From assembly GCA_963742015.1 (NCBI GenBank), contig CAVUKL010000048.1, positions 24,971 through 88,970 of the forward strand: 64,000 nucleotides of DNA, in the 5' to 3' direction. Of this stretch, positions 31,545 through 42,735 are shown one piece after another. Each line of letters begins with the position of its first letter. The first letter of the stretch is position 1. Source of the DNA: an uncultured Acidobacteriaceae bacterium. Its GTDB lineage: Bacteria > Acidobacteriota > Terriglobia > Terriglobales > Acidobacteriaceae. Below the pieces are notes generated by a model. The model had not been told where the DNA came from. It did no database searches and saw only the letters and a program-made list of their open reading frames with translations. The translations under genes and the position numbers were made by a program.

Positions 31545-32384
31545 TCAGCGCACATGCGCCTCGTCGTCATTCATCGAGAAGACATCCTTAAAGTCGCTTT
31601 CGTACGGAAAGACGTGAACCATCCAGTTGAATATGATCGGGAAGAATGTGCCGCCCTCGGCCTTGCAGGCCTCCGCAGTGTGGATCGAGCCAAACATGCC
31701 AAACTTCGGCGTGGCGCCATGGTACTCGCTGACCTTGTTCGCCGGGGCCGCGCAGAAGTTGATGTGCTGATGCCAGCGGGCGATGCTGAGCGGGATGCGC
31801 TGGTTCAGTTGATCTTCCGTCGCGTCGACGTCGTCTGTGTACATAACGCCCTCCAGCCGATAGCGCTGGTTTGCTGTGTGGAAGTAGAGCAGCGCAGTGG
31901 GCCGAGTCGGATCGAACTGGGTGTCGGCCAGTTTAGCGTTGGCAGCGTTCATGAAGTGATACTGGGGCATCTCTACATTCGGATTCGCGATTGTGTAGCC
32001 GTCGGCCAGCGCCTTTTTGTAGTCCTTGTACTTTTCCATGACGGCCTTCACCTGGGCCACCAATGCCTTCGCTCTCTCCTCATCGCCGGGTTGCATCGGC
32101 CGCAGCGGGGTCATGCATAAGTGGTTCGCCATGGCGGCCATGCTTACCCCCATGACAACAGTCATCGCGCCCATGTGGCTCGTGTCGTCGCAGGCGCGGC
32201 CCGTCGTGCCGGCGCTCATTCCGGACATGCCGGGCATGTCGCTACTCGGGCTCGCCTGTCCCCACGTAGACCCAGGTACGGCGGCCAAAGCCACGGCCAT
32301 TACGCTTAATATCAATGTCGTCTTGCTGGAAAGATTTCTCGGAAACATCCTGGTCAACTTTGAGCTTGAAGAAGTAGGCAACAT
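31545..32384 (-). CDS. Exported His/Met-rich hypothetical protein
   Basis: Signal-like N-terminus, Met-rich linker and His motifs QYHF, WHQH, WMVH. Confidence 0.65.
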   Translation of the reverse strand: MLPTSSSSKLTRMFPRNLSSKTTLILSVMAVALAAVPGSTWGQASPSSDMPGMSGMSAGTTGRACDDTSHMGAMTVVMGVSMAAMANHLCMTPLRPMQPGDEERAKALVAQVKAVMEKYKDYKKALADGYTIANPNVEMPQYHFMNAANAKLADTQFDPTRPTALLYFHTANQRYRLEGVMYTDDVDATEDQLNQRIPLSIARWHQHINFCAAPANKVSEYHGATPKFGMFGSIHTAEACKAEGGTFFPIIFNWMVHVFPYESDFKDVFSMNDDEAHVR

Positions 32385-32584
32385 TTACCCAGATGTAACC
32401 GCACCGAAACGAACTGAGGCAAGTTGTCAGGTACTTTCACGCCAAAGTGGTTAGGTCGTCGCGCGAGATTGTTTTTGGACTTCCGCAACCGGTCGAACGC
32501 GCGCCCGGGTGCAGCATCTTAGCCCGGAATGCTAATCTAGCGTCGCGCTGGAAAATCCATTTACTTGAACAAGAGAGTCCTGAA

Positions 32585-34082
32585 ATGCCATTCCTCGGAA
32601 TCGATGTTGGAACCGGCGGCACACGCGCCGTGGTCGTAGACAAAAAAGGCAAGGTGATTGCCTCGGCATCGAGTGAACACCAGCCCTTCCGCGCACCTCA
32701 TCCCGGCTGGGCCGAGCAAGACCCCGAAGATTGGTGGCGCGCCGCTCAGGAAGCGATCAACGGTGCCATCTCCGCCGCGGTCCACGCTGTTGGCGAGTCC
32801 GGCGCGAAGATCGAGGCCGTCGGGCTCACCGGGCAGATGCACGGCGCAGTCATGCTCGACACAGCTGGCGATGTCTTGCGTCCATCGCTGATCTGGTGCG
32901 ACCAGCGCACCGGGCCGCAATGCGACTGGCTGCACGAGCAGATCGGCCGCGAACGCCTGATCGAGCTCACCTGCAATCCCGCATTGCCCAACTTCACCCT
33001 GACTAAATTGCTCTGGGTCAAAGAGCACGAGCCGGAGATATTCGCCCGCATCGCTCACGTAATGTGCCCCAAGGACTACGTACGCTACCGGCTCACCGGA
33101 AGCTTCGCCATCGACGTTCATGAAGCCTCAGGCACGCTGCTGCTCGATGTGACCAATCGCAAATGGTCCGCCGAGGTAGCTCGCGTCTCCGGAATCAACG
33201 AGGCATGGCTGCCGCCGCTCTTCGAATCGCAGGAGGTCTGTGCTCATATCTCGGCCACCGCTGCGGCGGACACCGGCCTAACCAAAGGCACTCCGGTAGT
33301 CGCCGGAGCCGGCGATCAGGGAGCAGGCGCGGTCGGCATGGGCATTCTCAAACCCGGTGCAGTCAGCGCGACCATCGGCACCTCGGGGGTGGTCTTCGCC
33401 GCAACCGATAAGCCAACCAAAGATCCCGGAGGACGTCTGCACACCTTCTGCCACGCCGGTCCCTGGCCGCTGGCATGTCATGGGAGTGACCCAGTCGGCG
33501 GGCCTCTCCCTCCGGTGGTTCCGCGATACGTTTGCCTCGGGAACCAGTTATGACGCCCTAAGCAGCGCCGCCGCCAACATTTCCGCCGGCAGCGACGGAC
33601 TCCTCTACGCGCCCTATCTGCTCGGTGAACGCACCCCACACCTCGATTCTCACGCCACCGCAGCCTTCGTCGGTATCACCGCCAGCCACACCGCGGCGCA
33701 TTTCACTCGCGCCGTGCTTGAGGGAGTCGCCTTCTCGTTGCGCGACACCTTTACCCTCTTCACCGAACTCGCCATTCCCGTCAACGGAGTCCGCCTCGGT
33801 GGAGGCGGCGCACGCGGGCTGCTCTGGAGACGGATACAGACCGATATCTATGGGCATCCGACTGAAGTTCTCACCGCCGAAGAAGGCGGAGCATACGGAG
33901 CGGCGCTGCTTGCTGGAGTCGGTGTTGGGGCCTGGCCAGACACGGATACAGCCTGCGAGCAGTCTCTCGAAGTCGCGGAGAGCCTCCAGCCCGACGCCCA
34001 GGCTGAAAAAATCTACAGCGAAGCCTATCAACGCTTTCGCGCCATCTACCCAGCGCTTCGCTCGATTCGCACAGCTGTCTAG
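32585..34082 (+). CDS. xylB: Xylulokinase (probable +1 error near 33457)
   Basis: LGIDVGT, GQMHG, WCDQRT, GAGDQ, PYLLGERTP and GGGAR; CHA(V)PGRWH is split by an extra C. Confidence 0.9.
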
Positions 34083-34120
34083 CCGGAAACTAAAATCCAC
34101 TCCGCATGGAGAAGGTCAGA

Positions 34121-35657
34121 ATGAAACGTTCCTTGAAGCTGATTGCGGGTCTGCCGCTACTTCTGCGCCGCCGCAACTGGATTTGCCGAAGTCAAGCTCC
34201 CCAAAGTCCTCAGCGATCACGTCGTTCTCCAAAGAGACGCGCCAATTCACATCTGGGGCTGGGCCGATCCCGGCGAGCAAGTCACGGTTTCATTGCTTTC
34301 CCAGAAACAGACCGCCACAGGCGACGATCTTGGCAAGTGGAGCGTCTATCTGGCTCCGCAACCTGCCGGAGGCCCTTACAGCATCACCATTGCAGGCACC
34401 AACACAATTACCATCTCCGATGTGCTGATCGGCGACGTCTGGCTCGCCTCCGGGCAATCCAATATGGAGATGCCGCTGAAAGGCTTTCCCAACTCGGCGG
34501 TCTTGAAGAACGGCGCCGAAGAGATCGCCGATTCTACCCAGCCGCAGATTCGTCTGCTCCGCGTTCATACCCGGGCATCAGATCACCCGCTGCTCGATCT
34601 CCAGGATCCCGATGAGATCTGGACGCTCTGCACACCCGACACCGCTGCCGACTTTTCTGCCGTCGCCTATTTCTTCGGACGCGAAATTCAACAGCAGGAA
34701 AAGGTCCCCGTCGGCCTGATTGACGACACATGGGGAGGCACTCCAGTCCGTGCTTGGGTGAGCCTCGATAGCCTCAGCGCCGATTCCTCCCTCATGCCAG
34801 TCTTCCAGGACTGGAGCGAGATGGCAGATACCACCGCAGATGTGCCGGCGATGCTTGCGCGAGAGAAGCGCGAGGACGAAGCCGCAAAGCAGGCTGGCTC
34901 GCCACTGCCAAAACACTCGTGGCATCCCAACCCGTCCTCTTATGCGCCAGCTTATCTCTACAACGGCATGATCGCTCCCCTGACCCAGTTCCCCATCAAG
35001 GGGGCAATCTGGTACCAGGGAGAAACCGATAGTTCCCTATCGAGGGCGCCAATGTATTTCAGGACCTTTTCGACCATGATCAACGATTGGCGCGGCAAAT
35101 GGGGCGAGGGCGATTTCCCGTTCTTCTTTGCACAAATCTCTAGCTTCACTTCGACCGAATTTGAGAAGTGGGGTATCGTCCGCGATGCGCAGCGTCGCAC
35201 CCTCGGCGTCGCCAACACCGGCATGGCCGTGACCCTCGATGTCGGCCAGGCGGACAATGTGCATCCTCCAGATAAGCAAACGGTCGGACACCGCCTCGCC
35301 CTGGCCGCACGCGACATCGCCTATGGCGAACACATCGAAGACTCCGGGCCGCTCTTTCGCCAGGCAGTCACCGAGGGCGCGAGCATGCGTGTATGGTTCG
35401 ATCATCGCGAGGGTCTGGCAGCGAAGGGCGGGGCACTCGTGGGCTTTGAAGTCGCCGGAAGCGACCACAAATTCGTTCCAGCAAGCGCAAGCATCGACGG
35501 CGCCAGCGTTGTGGTGAGCGCTCCCGAGATCAAATCGCCAAGCTATGTTCGCTATGCATGGGCCAACTTCTCGACGGCCAACCTCTACAACAGCGCCGGA
35601 CTCCCGGCATCGACCTTTTCCTCCGAGAGCACCATCGAGGCCGGAACGATCCGATAG
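34121..35657 (+). CDS. Sialate O-acetylesterase (SASA) family, exported (probable +1 error in the signal peptide)
   Basis: GDVWLASGQSNM, WGGT, WYQGE and VHPPDK. ATG 34121 joins the main frame if one T near 34162 is removed. Confidence 0.85.
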
Positions 35658-35978
35658 AGTCTCCGGCAAGTATCGAGCTTCGTGAGCGGAACAACGAGGT
35701 ATAACCGGGGCACTTCCCGGCCCTGTCTCACCCTCGGGTTATCCACCTGGCAAATCCAGGTCTCACCCAATGGCCGAAGTGATAAGCGTCACAGACGGCT
35801 TAGCCATTCCGGATAGACCTTCATACAAGGGTATCGCGCAACTACAGAGCAGCGAAGACGCGTTCTTCGGTGCATACCGACGAGTTGCTCGATATCGGCG
35901 TGGATGAAGTGGCCCCGCTGAGGCCGAGGTGTCCGCGAAATATCTCGACCCCAGCTCCCAGGCCAGGAAGGGCAGGCG

Positions 35979-37223
35979 ATGGCGACTCTGGCGTTATTTG
36001 TTTCGCTTCTGTTTGTCTTCAGTCTCGTGTCGCGCCGACTGGAGCAGACGATCGTCACCGCGCCTATCGTTTTCACGGTCGGCGGCATGTTGATCTCTCC
36101 GGTTGCTTCGCAAGGGATCCTAAGATCCGGGTTCTCCTCTAATATCGCGCTTCGCGTTGCCGAGGTCGGCCTGGTGATGCTGCTCTTTGCCGACGCCAGC
36201 CGCACCGATCTTAAGGTCTTGCGCAACATTCGAAATCTGCCAGGGCGATTGTTGAGTGGAGGAATGCTTCTCACGATTATTTTGGGAACAGCCGCCGCGT
36301 GGCTGGCGTTTCCTCATTTCTCGATCTGGGAGGCTGGAATCCTTAGCGCTATCCTCGCGCCGACTGATGCCGGGCTGGGGCAGGTCATTGTGAGCAGTCC
36401 ACGCGTGCCTACGCGCATCCGCGAAGCCCTCACTGCGGAAGCCGGGCTCAACGACGGACTCTCGGTACCCTTCCTGCTGTTCTTCATCGCTGGCGCGGCA
36501 GCAAGAATCGAAGGGAAAGCAGCCAGTCTGATGCAGTTCATTGTGGAACAGCTGGGTTTAGGAGCGCTCATCGGCATCGCCATCGGCTTGGCGGGCGGAT
36601 GGTTGCTGGGCCTTGCTCGCCGCAAGGAGTGGATGACTGGCGCCTTCCAGGCAATGGGCGTTATCGCTCTGCCTCTGCTCTGCATGGCGATCTCCGAAAT
36701 GCTCGACGCAAGCATGTTCATCGCGGCGTTCGTGGCCGGCCTGGCGGTGCAAGTTGGATTGAAAAACGCAGGCGCGCACAGTATCGAGTTCGCCGAGGAA
36801 TCGGGGCAATTTCTGAATTTCGGAGTGTTCTTTGTCTTTGGAGTCGCTGCGATGCGAGAGTTACCTCACTTCGGCATGGCGTCGTGGCTCTATGCGGTCC
36901 TCAGCCTGACGCTGGTTCGGATGTTGCCGGTCGCAGTCGCGCTCGTGGGCACGCGCCTCAGTGCCGCCACCGTAGCCTTTATCGGCTGGTTCGGTCCGCG
37001 CGGCCTGGCTTCCATTGTTCTCGGCCTCGTCTATCTGGAGCAGGAGATGGATCTCCCGGCGGAGCCTATGATCCGGTCGGCCGTCATGGCGACCGTGCTC
37101 CTTAGCATCTTCGCTCACGGGCTTACGGCAATGCCTGGTATCGGCCTCTATGTCAACAAAATTGAATCGCTGCCGCTCAACGCACCAGAACATCTCCCAT
37201 TGCTTCAACCCGATTCGCTCTAG
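35979..37223 (+). CDS. CPA1 cation/proton antiporter
   Basis: LAPTDAGLG, EAGLNDG and WFGPRGLASI; many TMs. Confidence 0.88.
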   Translation: MATLALFVSLLFVFSLVSRRLEQTIVTAPIVFTVGGMLISPVASQGILRSGFSSNIALRVAEVGLVMLLFADASRTDLKVLRNIRNLPGRLLSGGMLLTIILGTAAAWLAFPHFSIWEAGILSAILAPTDAGLGQVIVSSPRVPTRIREALTAEAGLNDGLSVPFLLFFIAGAAARIEGKAASLMQFIVEQLGLGALIGIAIGLAGGWLLGLARRKEWMTGAFQAMGVIALPLLCMAISEMLDASMFIAAFVAGLAVQVGLKNAGAHSIEFAEESGQFLNFGVFFVFGVAAMRELPHFGMASWLYAVLSLTLVRMLPVAVALVGTRLSAATVAFIGWFGPRGLASIVLGLVYLEQEMDLPAEPMIRSAVMATVLLSIFAHGLTAMPGIGLYVNKIESLPLNAPEHLPLLQPDSL

Positions 37224-39373
37224 CTGCTCTCGCTCGCTTTTGACTCGGAAATTTTCAGTTCGGGAGGATGCGTCGCCTCAATGATCGGCTCCAGGGAATC
37301 GGAGCGTCGCGGGAAGATGAAGTCCCTTGGAGACCGCAGAAACTCTTTCAAAATGAAGCTGAATATCTGAACCTGCTCCGCGCGGGGCACGCTGTAGGCG
37401 CGCAGCGCCACGATAGAAGCAATCGAGAAGCTGACTCCAAGGTTGAGTACAAAGGTGACCGCCACTCCGGCTGCAGCAAAGTAGAGCCAGCTCTGCCGGA
37501 AAGCATCCAGGCCAAACTGTGCCGCAGCGAGCGCCACCATGCCGGTATTCAGGGTGACATGGCGCACGTCGAGAGGAATCCCGAAGAACCTTGCAATGAC
37601 CGGGGAAAGACCGAGCAGGTAACCCAGGACGATGCTGTTGCTCCAGGCGGCCACATTGCGCTCGAGCCACGCGGCCAGCCGATGCATGTTGCGAATGCCC
37701 ACTTTGAAGCCGATGGGATGCTGAACAATTGCTTCGGGAATGCGGTTAAAGACCACGAAATTCTCGGCCCATCCGCCGACGAGTCCCCCGACCCACAAGA
37801 TGACGCCAGTAAAGGCGGCGAAAATCGCTGTGCCAGATTCCAGCGGATTCATGCCGTGGTAGGCGTGTACCGCATTATCGGTAGAAAGAAAGTAGTGTCC
37901 AAAAACCCGGAGCCATAGCTGTTCAAACACGATTCCGCCCAGGCAAACCGCGAGGACGTTCCCAAAGGCAGCGGCCAGTTGAGTGCGACAGATTTGTGCT
38001 GCATAAGCCGAGATCTTGCTCCATCGCGAAACGCCGCGATTTTCGCGCACGATACCTGCCAAGGCGGCCGCCGTCATCGAGGGTTGCTTGGTGGCGAGCG
38101 CCAGATGGAATATCTGCATGGTCACAAAGGTGATGGCATAGTCGGTTCCCACCAGAAAGCCTTCCACAAACAACGGGAAGTGCGCGCCCACGATCTGCAA
38201 CTTGATCGCGGCCGTGAGGACGGTGAGAAGTCCGCCACCGGCAGCGGCGCGCCACATCTGCCAATACTCGCCCTCGTTGCGGGCCACATAGTGTTCGCCG
38301 CTGTGGCCGGTGCGCTCGACGGTCTTGCGGGCCAGGAGGGTAAGGTTCTGCCGGAAGAGGATCGACAGGCGGGTATCGTCCATGCGGCCGCGAACGAGTG
38401 TATTAACCAACTCGCGCGCGGCAGCGGGAGCGTTCGACGTTCGAAAGGCGTGCTCATCCGCGGCAAAGACGGTCGCGAGCAGTTCCATCCGCTCGAGGGC
38501 CGCTTCGATGCTCCGTAGATCGTAGACCAGCGCGGAACTGACGCCCGCGTCCTCCATTTGCTGATGTATGTAGTCCAATTCATTCCGGCAGCGACGAACA
38601 GACTCCTGCCACAGCATCGCTTCGGTCAGGAGGGCGTCTGGCCCCGAGGTTCGGGCTTTGTCGCGGGCATGGTCCGACTTCTGCTTCACGACAAACATCT
38701 CGGTGGCGAAGATGAGTCGATAGAAAGGTGAGTCGTGAATATCCCGGGTAGTGCCCCGTTCCCGGATTGCCGCCGTCACCCCGCGTCCTGCGACCCGTGT
38801 GGCAAGCAGGCGCAGCGCCTGACGCAGATCGTGCTGGAGCCGCAAAGCGGACTGAAAGCCCTCGGACGGCCAGAGTAGTCTCGCCAGGCGCTGAAATGCC
38901 TCCTCGGGCATGGAGCTGAAGCGTGCAACGGCCTGCGGGGACGAAAAGATGCTCGTAAAGAGCAGTCCAGCGTCGGAGGCTTCCCGGGCCGTGGGCAGCA
39001 CCCGCGACGAAAGGCGGCGAACAATCTCAGGAGCCAGTCCGGGATGCGCCGGCAGGCCCGCGTCGGCAAAGAGTGGGACGGCATTTAGCTCGCCAAGCAG
39101 TAAGACCCAGGATTTGCGGAAGCGCTCACGGAGAGCTTCATCCTCCTCCATCATGCTCAGCCAGCTCATCAGCCGCACATCGGAGGTTCGGTCTCCCCCT
39201 TCTGACCATATAAAGGCGAATAAGTGACCGGCGCGGCGAAGCCTTGCTGCCATCGCGCCGGCATCGCAGAACTCGACCGTGAGTTGGCGAAGCTCATCCT
39301 GGTGCCCGAAATGCATTCCGCCCACGAGCCGGCGGTGACGCAGCAGATTCCGGGCGAAATGCAGAAGTGCCAT
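37220..39373 (-). CDS. Gcr/'site-specific recombinase'-annotated membrane protein family
   Basis: GEHYVAR..AAAGGG, LATKQPSMTA and PLDVRHVTL; the C-terminal half is multi-TM. Confidence 0.75.
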   Translation of the reverse strand: MALLHFARNLLRHRRLVGGMHFGHQDELRQLTVEFCDAGAMAARLRRAGHLFAFIWSEGGDRTSDVRLMSWLSMMEEDEALRERFRKSWVLLLGELNAVPLFADAGLPAHPGLAPEIVRRLSSRVLPTAREASDAGLLFTSIFSSPQAVARFSSMPEEAFQRLARLLWPSEGFQSALRLQHDLRQALRLLATRVAGRGVTAAIRERGTTRDIHDSPFYRLIFATEMFVVKQKSDHARDKARTSGPDALLTEAMLWQESVRRCRNELDYIHQQMEDAGVSSALVYDLRSIEAALERMELLATVFAADEHAFRTSNAPAAARELVNTLVRGRMDDTRLSILFRQNLTLLARKTVERTGHSGEHYVARNEGEYWQMWRAAAGGGLLTVLTAAIKLQIVGAHFPLFVEGFLVGTDYAITFVTMQIFHLALATKQPSMTAAALAGIVRENRGVSRWSKISAYAAQICRTQLAAAFGNVLAVCLGGIVFEQLWLRVFGHYFLSTDNAVHAYHGMNPLESGTAIFAAFTGVILWVGGLVGGWAENFVVFNRIPEAIVQHPIGFKVGIRNMHRLAAWLERNVAAWSNSIVLGYLLGLSPVIARFFGIPLDVRHVTLNTGMVALAAAQFGLDAFRQSWLYFAAAGVAVTFVLNLGVSFSIASIVALRAYSVPRAEQVQIFSFILKEFLRSPRDFIFPRRSDSLEPIIEATHPPELKISESKASESS

Positions 39374-39468
39374 GCAATGAGAATAGCCACTTTCGCGGCG
39401 AAACGTGCCACAAAATCGGGACGGTTCCAGCCGTGCACCGAGGCACTCGACGCCGCGGGGACGGGGCT

Positions 39469-40617
39469 CTATTCCTGGACGACTGCCTTGACCAAATTGC
39501 GGGGATTGTCTACATCGATGCCTCGCAGGATCGCGCTGAAGTAAGCGATTAACTGCAAAGGGATGACATCCAGAATGGGCAATAAATATTCACTCGCCGC
39601 TGGGATGCGAATCACATGCGCCGTTAGCTGGGGAATCTCGGTGTCATCGGCCGAAATCAGCGCAAAAATCTCCGCGCCCTGGGCGTGCATGTCGCGCACG
39701 AGTTGCAGGGTCTTTTCATAACGCAGCAACGAGTCGGGATCGTTCGCGTCACGGGTAGCAATCACGACCAGTGGCGCGTTCTTGCTGACCAGCGCATTGG
39801 GCCCGTGTTTGAGCTCGCCAGCCGGGTAGCCCTCCGCTTGGACGTATGCGGATTCCTTCAGTTTGAGCGCCCCTTCGCGAGCAATCGCGTAATGGATCGC
39901 ACGGCCTAGATACAGCACCGCGCTGCCGCCCTTCATCGCCTCGGCAAACTCCCGCGCACTCTCTTCCCAACGCGGAAGCGCAGCCCGAATATCGGCGACA
40001 AGGTCATGGACCTGTTCGCAAAATCCGGCGACTGTATGACTTGTCATCCTCCCCCGCAGGCGCGCCAGGTAGAGTGTCGTCAGGTAGAGCACGACCAGCT
40101 GAGTGGTGAAGCTCTTGGTCGCCGGAATCGCCTTTTCCTTGCCCGCGTAGGTAGGCAGCGAGGCGTCTGCCTCCCCCGCCATCGACGAACCCGCATGATT
40201 TGTAATCGCGACGGTGGCGAGACCGCGCGCTTTTGCCTCGCGCAGAGCCGCCAGCGTATCCGCCGTTTCACCCGATTGGGAGACAACGATCACACCGGGA
40301 TTCTGCAAGGTATAAGTGGAGCGGTAGCAATATTCACTGGCATATTCCACGTCTACCGTGAGACCGGCAAGGTCTTCGAGCATGATTTCAGCTGCCAACC
40401 CGGCGTGCCGACTCGATCCGCTGGCCGCGATCACGATCCGTTCGTGCCCGCGCAGCGCCTCCGCCAAACTTTTGAAGGCCTCGGGATTGAGGCTGCCGTC
40501 AATCAGGTAATTGCGCAAGGTCGCCTCGATCGCCTCCGGCTGTTCATAAATCTCGCGCAACATCGCGTGCGGGAAGACGCGGGTTTCCAAAGCAGCCTCG
40601 ACCATGACATTCTCCAA
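39469..40617 (-). CDS. SIS-SIS protein, GlmS isomerase domain only (NagB-II-like)
   Basis: MLREIYEQP, SQSGETADT, ATKSFT, EGALKLKE, ELKHGP and NPRNLVKAV; no glutaminase domain. Confidence 0.8.
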   Translation of the reverse strand: MENVMVEAALETRVFPHAMLREIYEQPEAIEATLRNYLIDGSLNPEAFKSLAEALRGHERIVIAASGSSRHAGLAAEIMLEDLAGLTVDVEYASEYCYRSTYTLQNPGVIVVSQSGETADTLAALREAKARGLATVAITNHAGSSMAGEADASLPTYAGKEKAIPATKSFTTQLVVLYLTTLYLARLRGRMTSHTVAGFCEQVHDLVADIRAALPRWEESAREFAEAMKGGSAVLYLGRAIHYAIAREGALKLKESAYVQAEGYPAGELKHGPNALVSKNAPLVVIATRDANDPDSLLRYEKTLQLVRDMHAQGAEIFALISADDTEIPQLTAHVIRIPAASEYLLPILDVIPLQLIAYFSAILRGIDVDNPRNLVKAVVQE

Positions 40618-40842
40618 ATTTCGTCTCCGATGGAGCGTTGGCCGGAATCCGGCCCAACGCGCCCCGGTTCGAGTCTAATTGCTCCCACTATTGTAACGAT
40701 TCAATATCAAGTATCCTTACGAATTGTTGTCACAAACCCTCTTGGACCGTTCTATCGAGAGACGTTCATCGAGCGCGCCGCTATACTGGGCAAAACCCGT
40801 ACAACCCTGGAGCGGAAGCAAAGCGCCGCTGGAGTCGAAACC

Positions 40843-42027
40843 ATGACCGCCGCAACCGTAACAACCTCTCAACCCGTCTTAGTCAAACCCGCGCGGATGG
40901 TTTCGCTCGATGTGTTGCGCGGGCTCACCATCGGCTTCATGATCATGGTCAACAACAACGGCGACGGCAACCGGGCCTACTGGGCGATGAAGCACGCCGC
41001 ATGGAACGGCTTCACCCCCACCGATCTGGTCTTCCCCACCTTTCTGTTCCTCGTCGGAGTTTCGACGGTCTTCTCCACTCAGGCGCGCCTCGCTCAAGGA
41101 GCGACCAAGCAATCGATCTTCCTCCACACCGTTCGACGGACTGTCATCCTCTATCTGCTTGGGCTGGTAGTGAACAGTTTCCCGTTCTTTAACCTGCACA
41201 CCATGCGTTTCTACGGAGTACTACCGAGAATCGCAATCTGTTACTTGGTCGTTGCGACGCTCTATTTAATAAGTCCTGGCTGGAAGGACAAGCTGGCGCT
41301 CATCATCGTGGCGTTGATTGGGTATTGGCTCCTGATGCGATTCGTTCCCGTTCCCGGCTATGGGCTACCAGGGCGCGACGTTCCCTTGCTGGATCACGAC
41401 GGCAACCTGGTCGCATGGCTCGATCGCCAGATCTTTTCTGCCTCGCATTTATATGAAGGCACGCGCGATCCTGAAGGCCTCTTGAGTACCATACCCGCGC
41501 TCGGAACCGCGTTGATCGGCCTGCTGACAGGTATCTGGCTGCGGACATCCAACACGCTCGCCCTGAAAGCGCGCGGAATCGCGATTGCCGGAATCAGCGG
41601 CGTGGTGCTGGGCGGAATCTGGAACATCTGGTTCCCGATCAATAAAAAGCTGTGGACCAGCTCATATGTCCTCTTCGCCGCCGGACTGAGCCTGTTGCTG
41701 CTTGCCCTGTCGATCTGGATCGTCGATATTCGCAGCAAGGGCGAACCGAATGCCGATCCGTCCCGGCGCTATCGACAATTCATGCCCCTGTTGGTCTTCG
41801 GGGTCAACGCAATCGCCGCCTATGTCCTCTCCGAACTGCTCCCGGGGATCTTGGAGAACATCCATGTGCGCCCAGGTGTCAGCTTTCTGCATTGGTGCTA
41901 TTTAGGAATCCTGCATGTGGTCCCCGATCCAGCCTTTGCCTCGCTCCTTTACTCGTTCGCTTATGCCGGAGTCTGCTGGATTCCGATGTACGTGCTCTAC
42001 AAGAAGCGGATCTTCATCAAGATTTGA
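40843..42027 (+). CDS. NagX/HGSNAT-like membrane acyltransferase
   Basis: SLDVLRG, HAAWNG..DLVFP.FLF, GVLPRI, DPEGLLS and PINKKLWTSSY. Confidence 0.85.
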   Translation: MTAATVTTSQPVLVKPARMVSLDVLRGLTIGFMIMVNNNGDGNRAYWAMKHAAWNGFTPTDLVFPTFLFLVGVSTVFSTQARLAQGATKQSIFLHTVRRTVILYLLGLVVNSFPFFNLHTMRFYGVLPRIAICYLVVATLYLISPGWKDKLALIIVALIGYWLLMRFVPVPGYGLPGRDVPLLDHDGNLVAWLDRQIFSASHLYEGTRDPEGLLSTIPALGTALIGLLTGIWLRTSNTLALKARGIAIAGISGVVLGGIWNIWFPINKKLWTSSYVLFAAGLSLLLLALSIWIVDIRSKGEPNADPSRRYRQFMPLLVFGVNAIAAYVLSELLPGILENIHVRPGVSFLHWCYLGILHVVPDPAFASLLYSFAYAGVCWIPMYVLYKKRIFIKI

Positions 42028-42140
42028 AGGGGCGGTTCCCTGACCACCCACTTCGAGGAAAGTCATCCTTGAGAAGGTCAGCGCCGCGCCGAAGTTTGTA
42101 CAATATCCGCTGAAGACGTAATCGAAGGAAGACCACCCTC

Positions 42141-42728
42141 ATGACAGTTTCCGTAATGGGTACAATCCCAGTTCTAAAAGAGACTTACACCCAGCTCAAG
42201 GCGCGTATGGACAAGGGCGTCCAGGCATTTCAAGCCGAGTTGGCCTCGACCCGTACCGGGCGCGCCTCGGTGCACATGCTCGACGGCATCCGTGTGCTGG
42301 CTTATGGCGCCGAGACGCCGCTCAATCAGGTCGCCCAGGTCACCGCTCCCGACGCCAACCTGATCGTCGTCCAACCCTGGGACCCAAGTGTTCTTGCTGA
42401 GATCGAAAAGGCCCTCCGCACCTCCGACCTGGGCTTCAATCCGCAGAACGACGGCAAGATCATCCGCGTGCCCATTCCGCCCATGACCGAAGAGCGCCGC
42501 AAAGACGTCGTCAAGCACCTCAACAAAGAACTCGAAGAGCGCAAGACGGTCATCCGCAACATACGCCGCGATGGCAATGAAGCGATCAAGAAGGCGGCGA
42601 AAGACAAGGCCATCTCCGCCGACGAAGAGAAGCGCGCGCTCGAAGAGATCCAGAAGCTGACCGACGACGAGATCAAGCGTATGGACGAGATGTCCAAGGC
42701 CAAGGAAAAAGAGATCATGCACATTTAA
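42141..42728 (+). CDS. frr: Ribosome recycling factor
   Basis: RTGRAS, PLNQVA, PPMTEERR, RNIRRD and KEKEIM. Confidence 0.97.
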   Translation: MTVSVMGTIPVLKETYTQLKARMDKGVQAFQAELASTRTGRASVHMLDGIRVLAYGAETPLNQVAQVTAPDANLIVVQPWDPSVLAEIEKALRTSDLGFNPQNDGKIIRVPIPPMTEERRKDVVKHLNKELEERKTVIRNIRRDGNEAIKKAAKDKAISADEEKRALEEIQKLTDDEIKRMDEMSKAKEKEIMHI

Positions 42729-42735
42729 GTGCTTC

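Noticed and set aside
35739-35747. Isolated DnaA-like boxes (TTATCCACC here; CGTGGATAA at 43666)
   Set aside because: Single one-mismatch boxes without a cluster are expected by chance.
35658-35990. Fluoride or Na+ riboswitch before the CPA1 antiporter
   Set aside because: GGCGATGG is just the gene start, and no other consensus elements are recognisable.
37220-39373. 'Site-specific recombinase' as evidence of a mobile element
   Set aside because: It is a multi-TM protein with no tyrosine or serine recombinase motifs and no att sites or cargo; the family name is misleading.
40006-40842. Long N-terminal extension of the NagX ORF
   Set aside because: It overlaps the SIS gene in antisense; a GGAG-preceded ATG at 40843 fits the family start.
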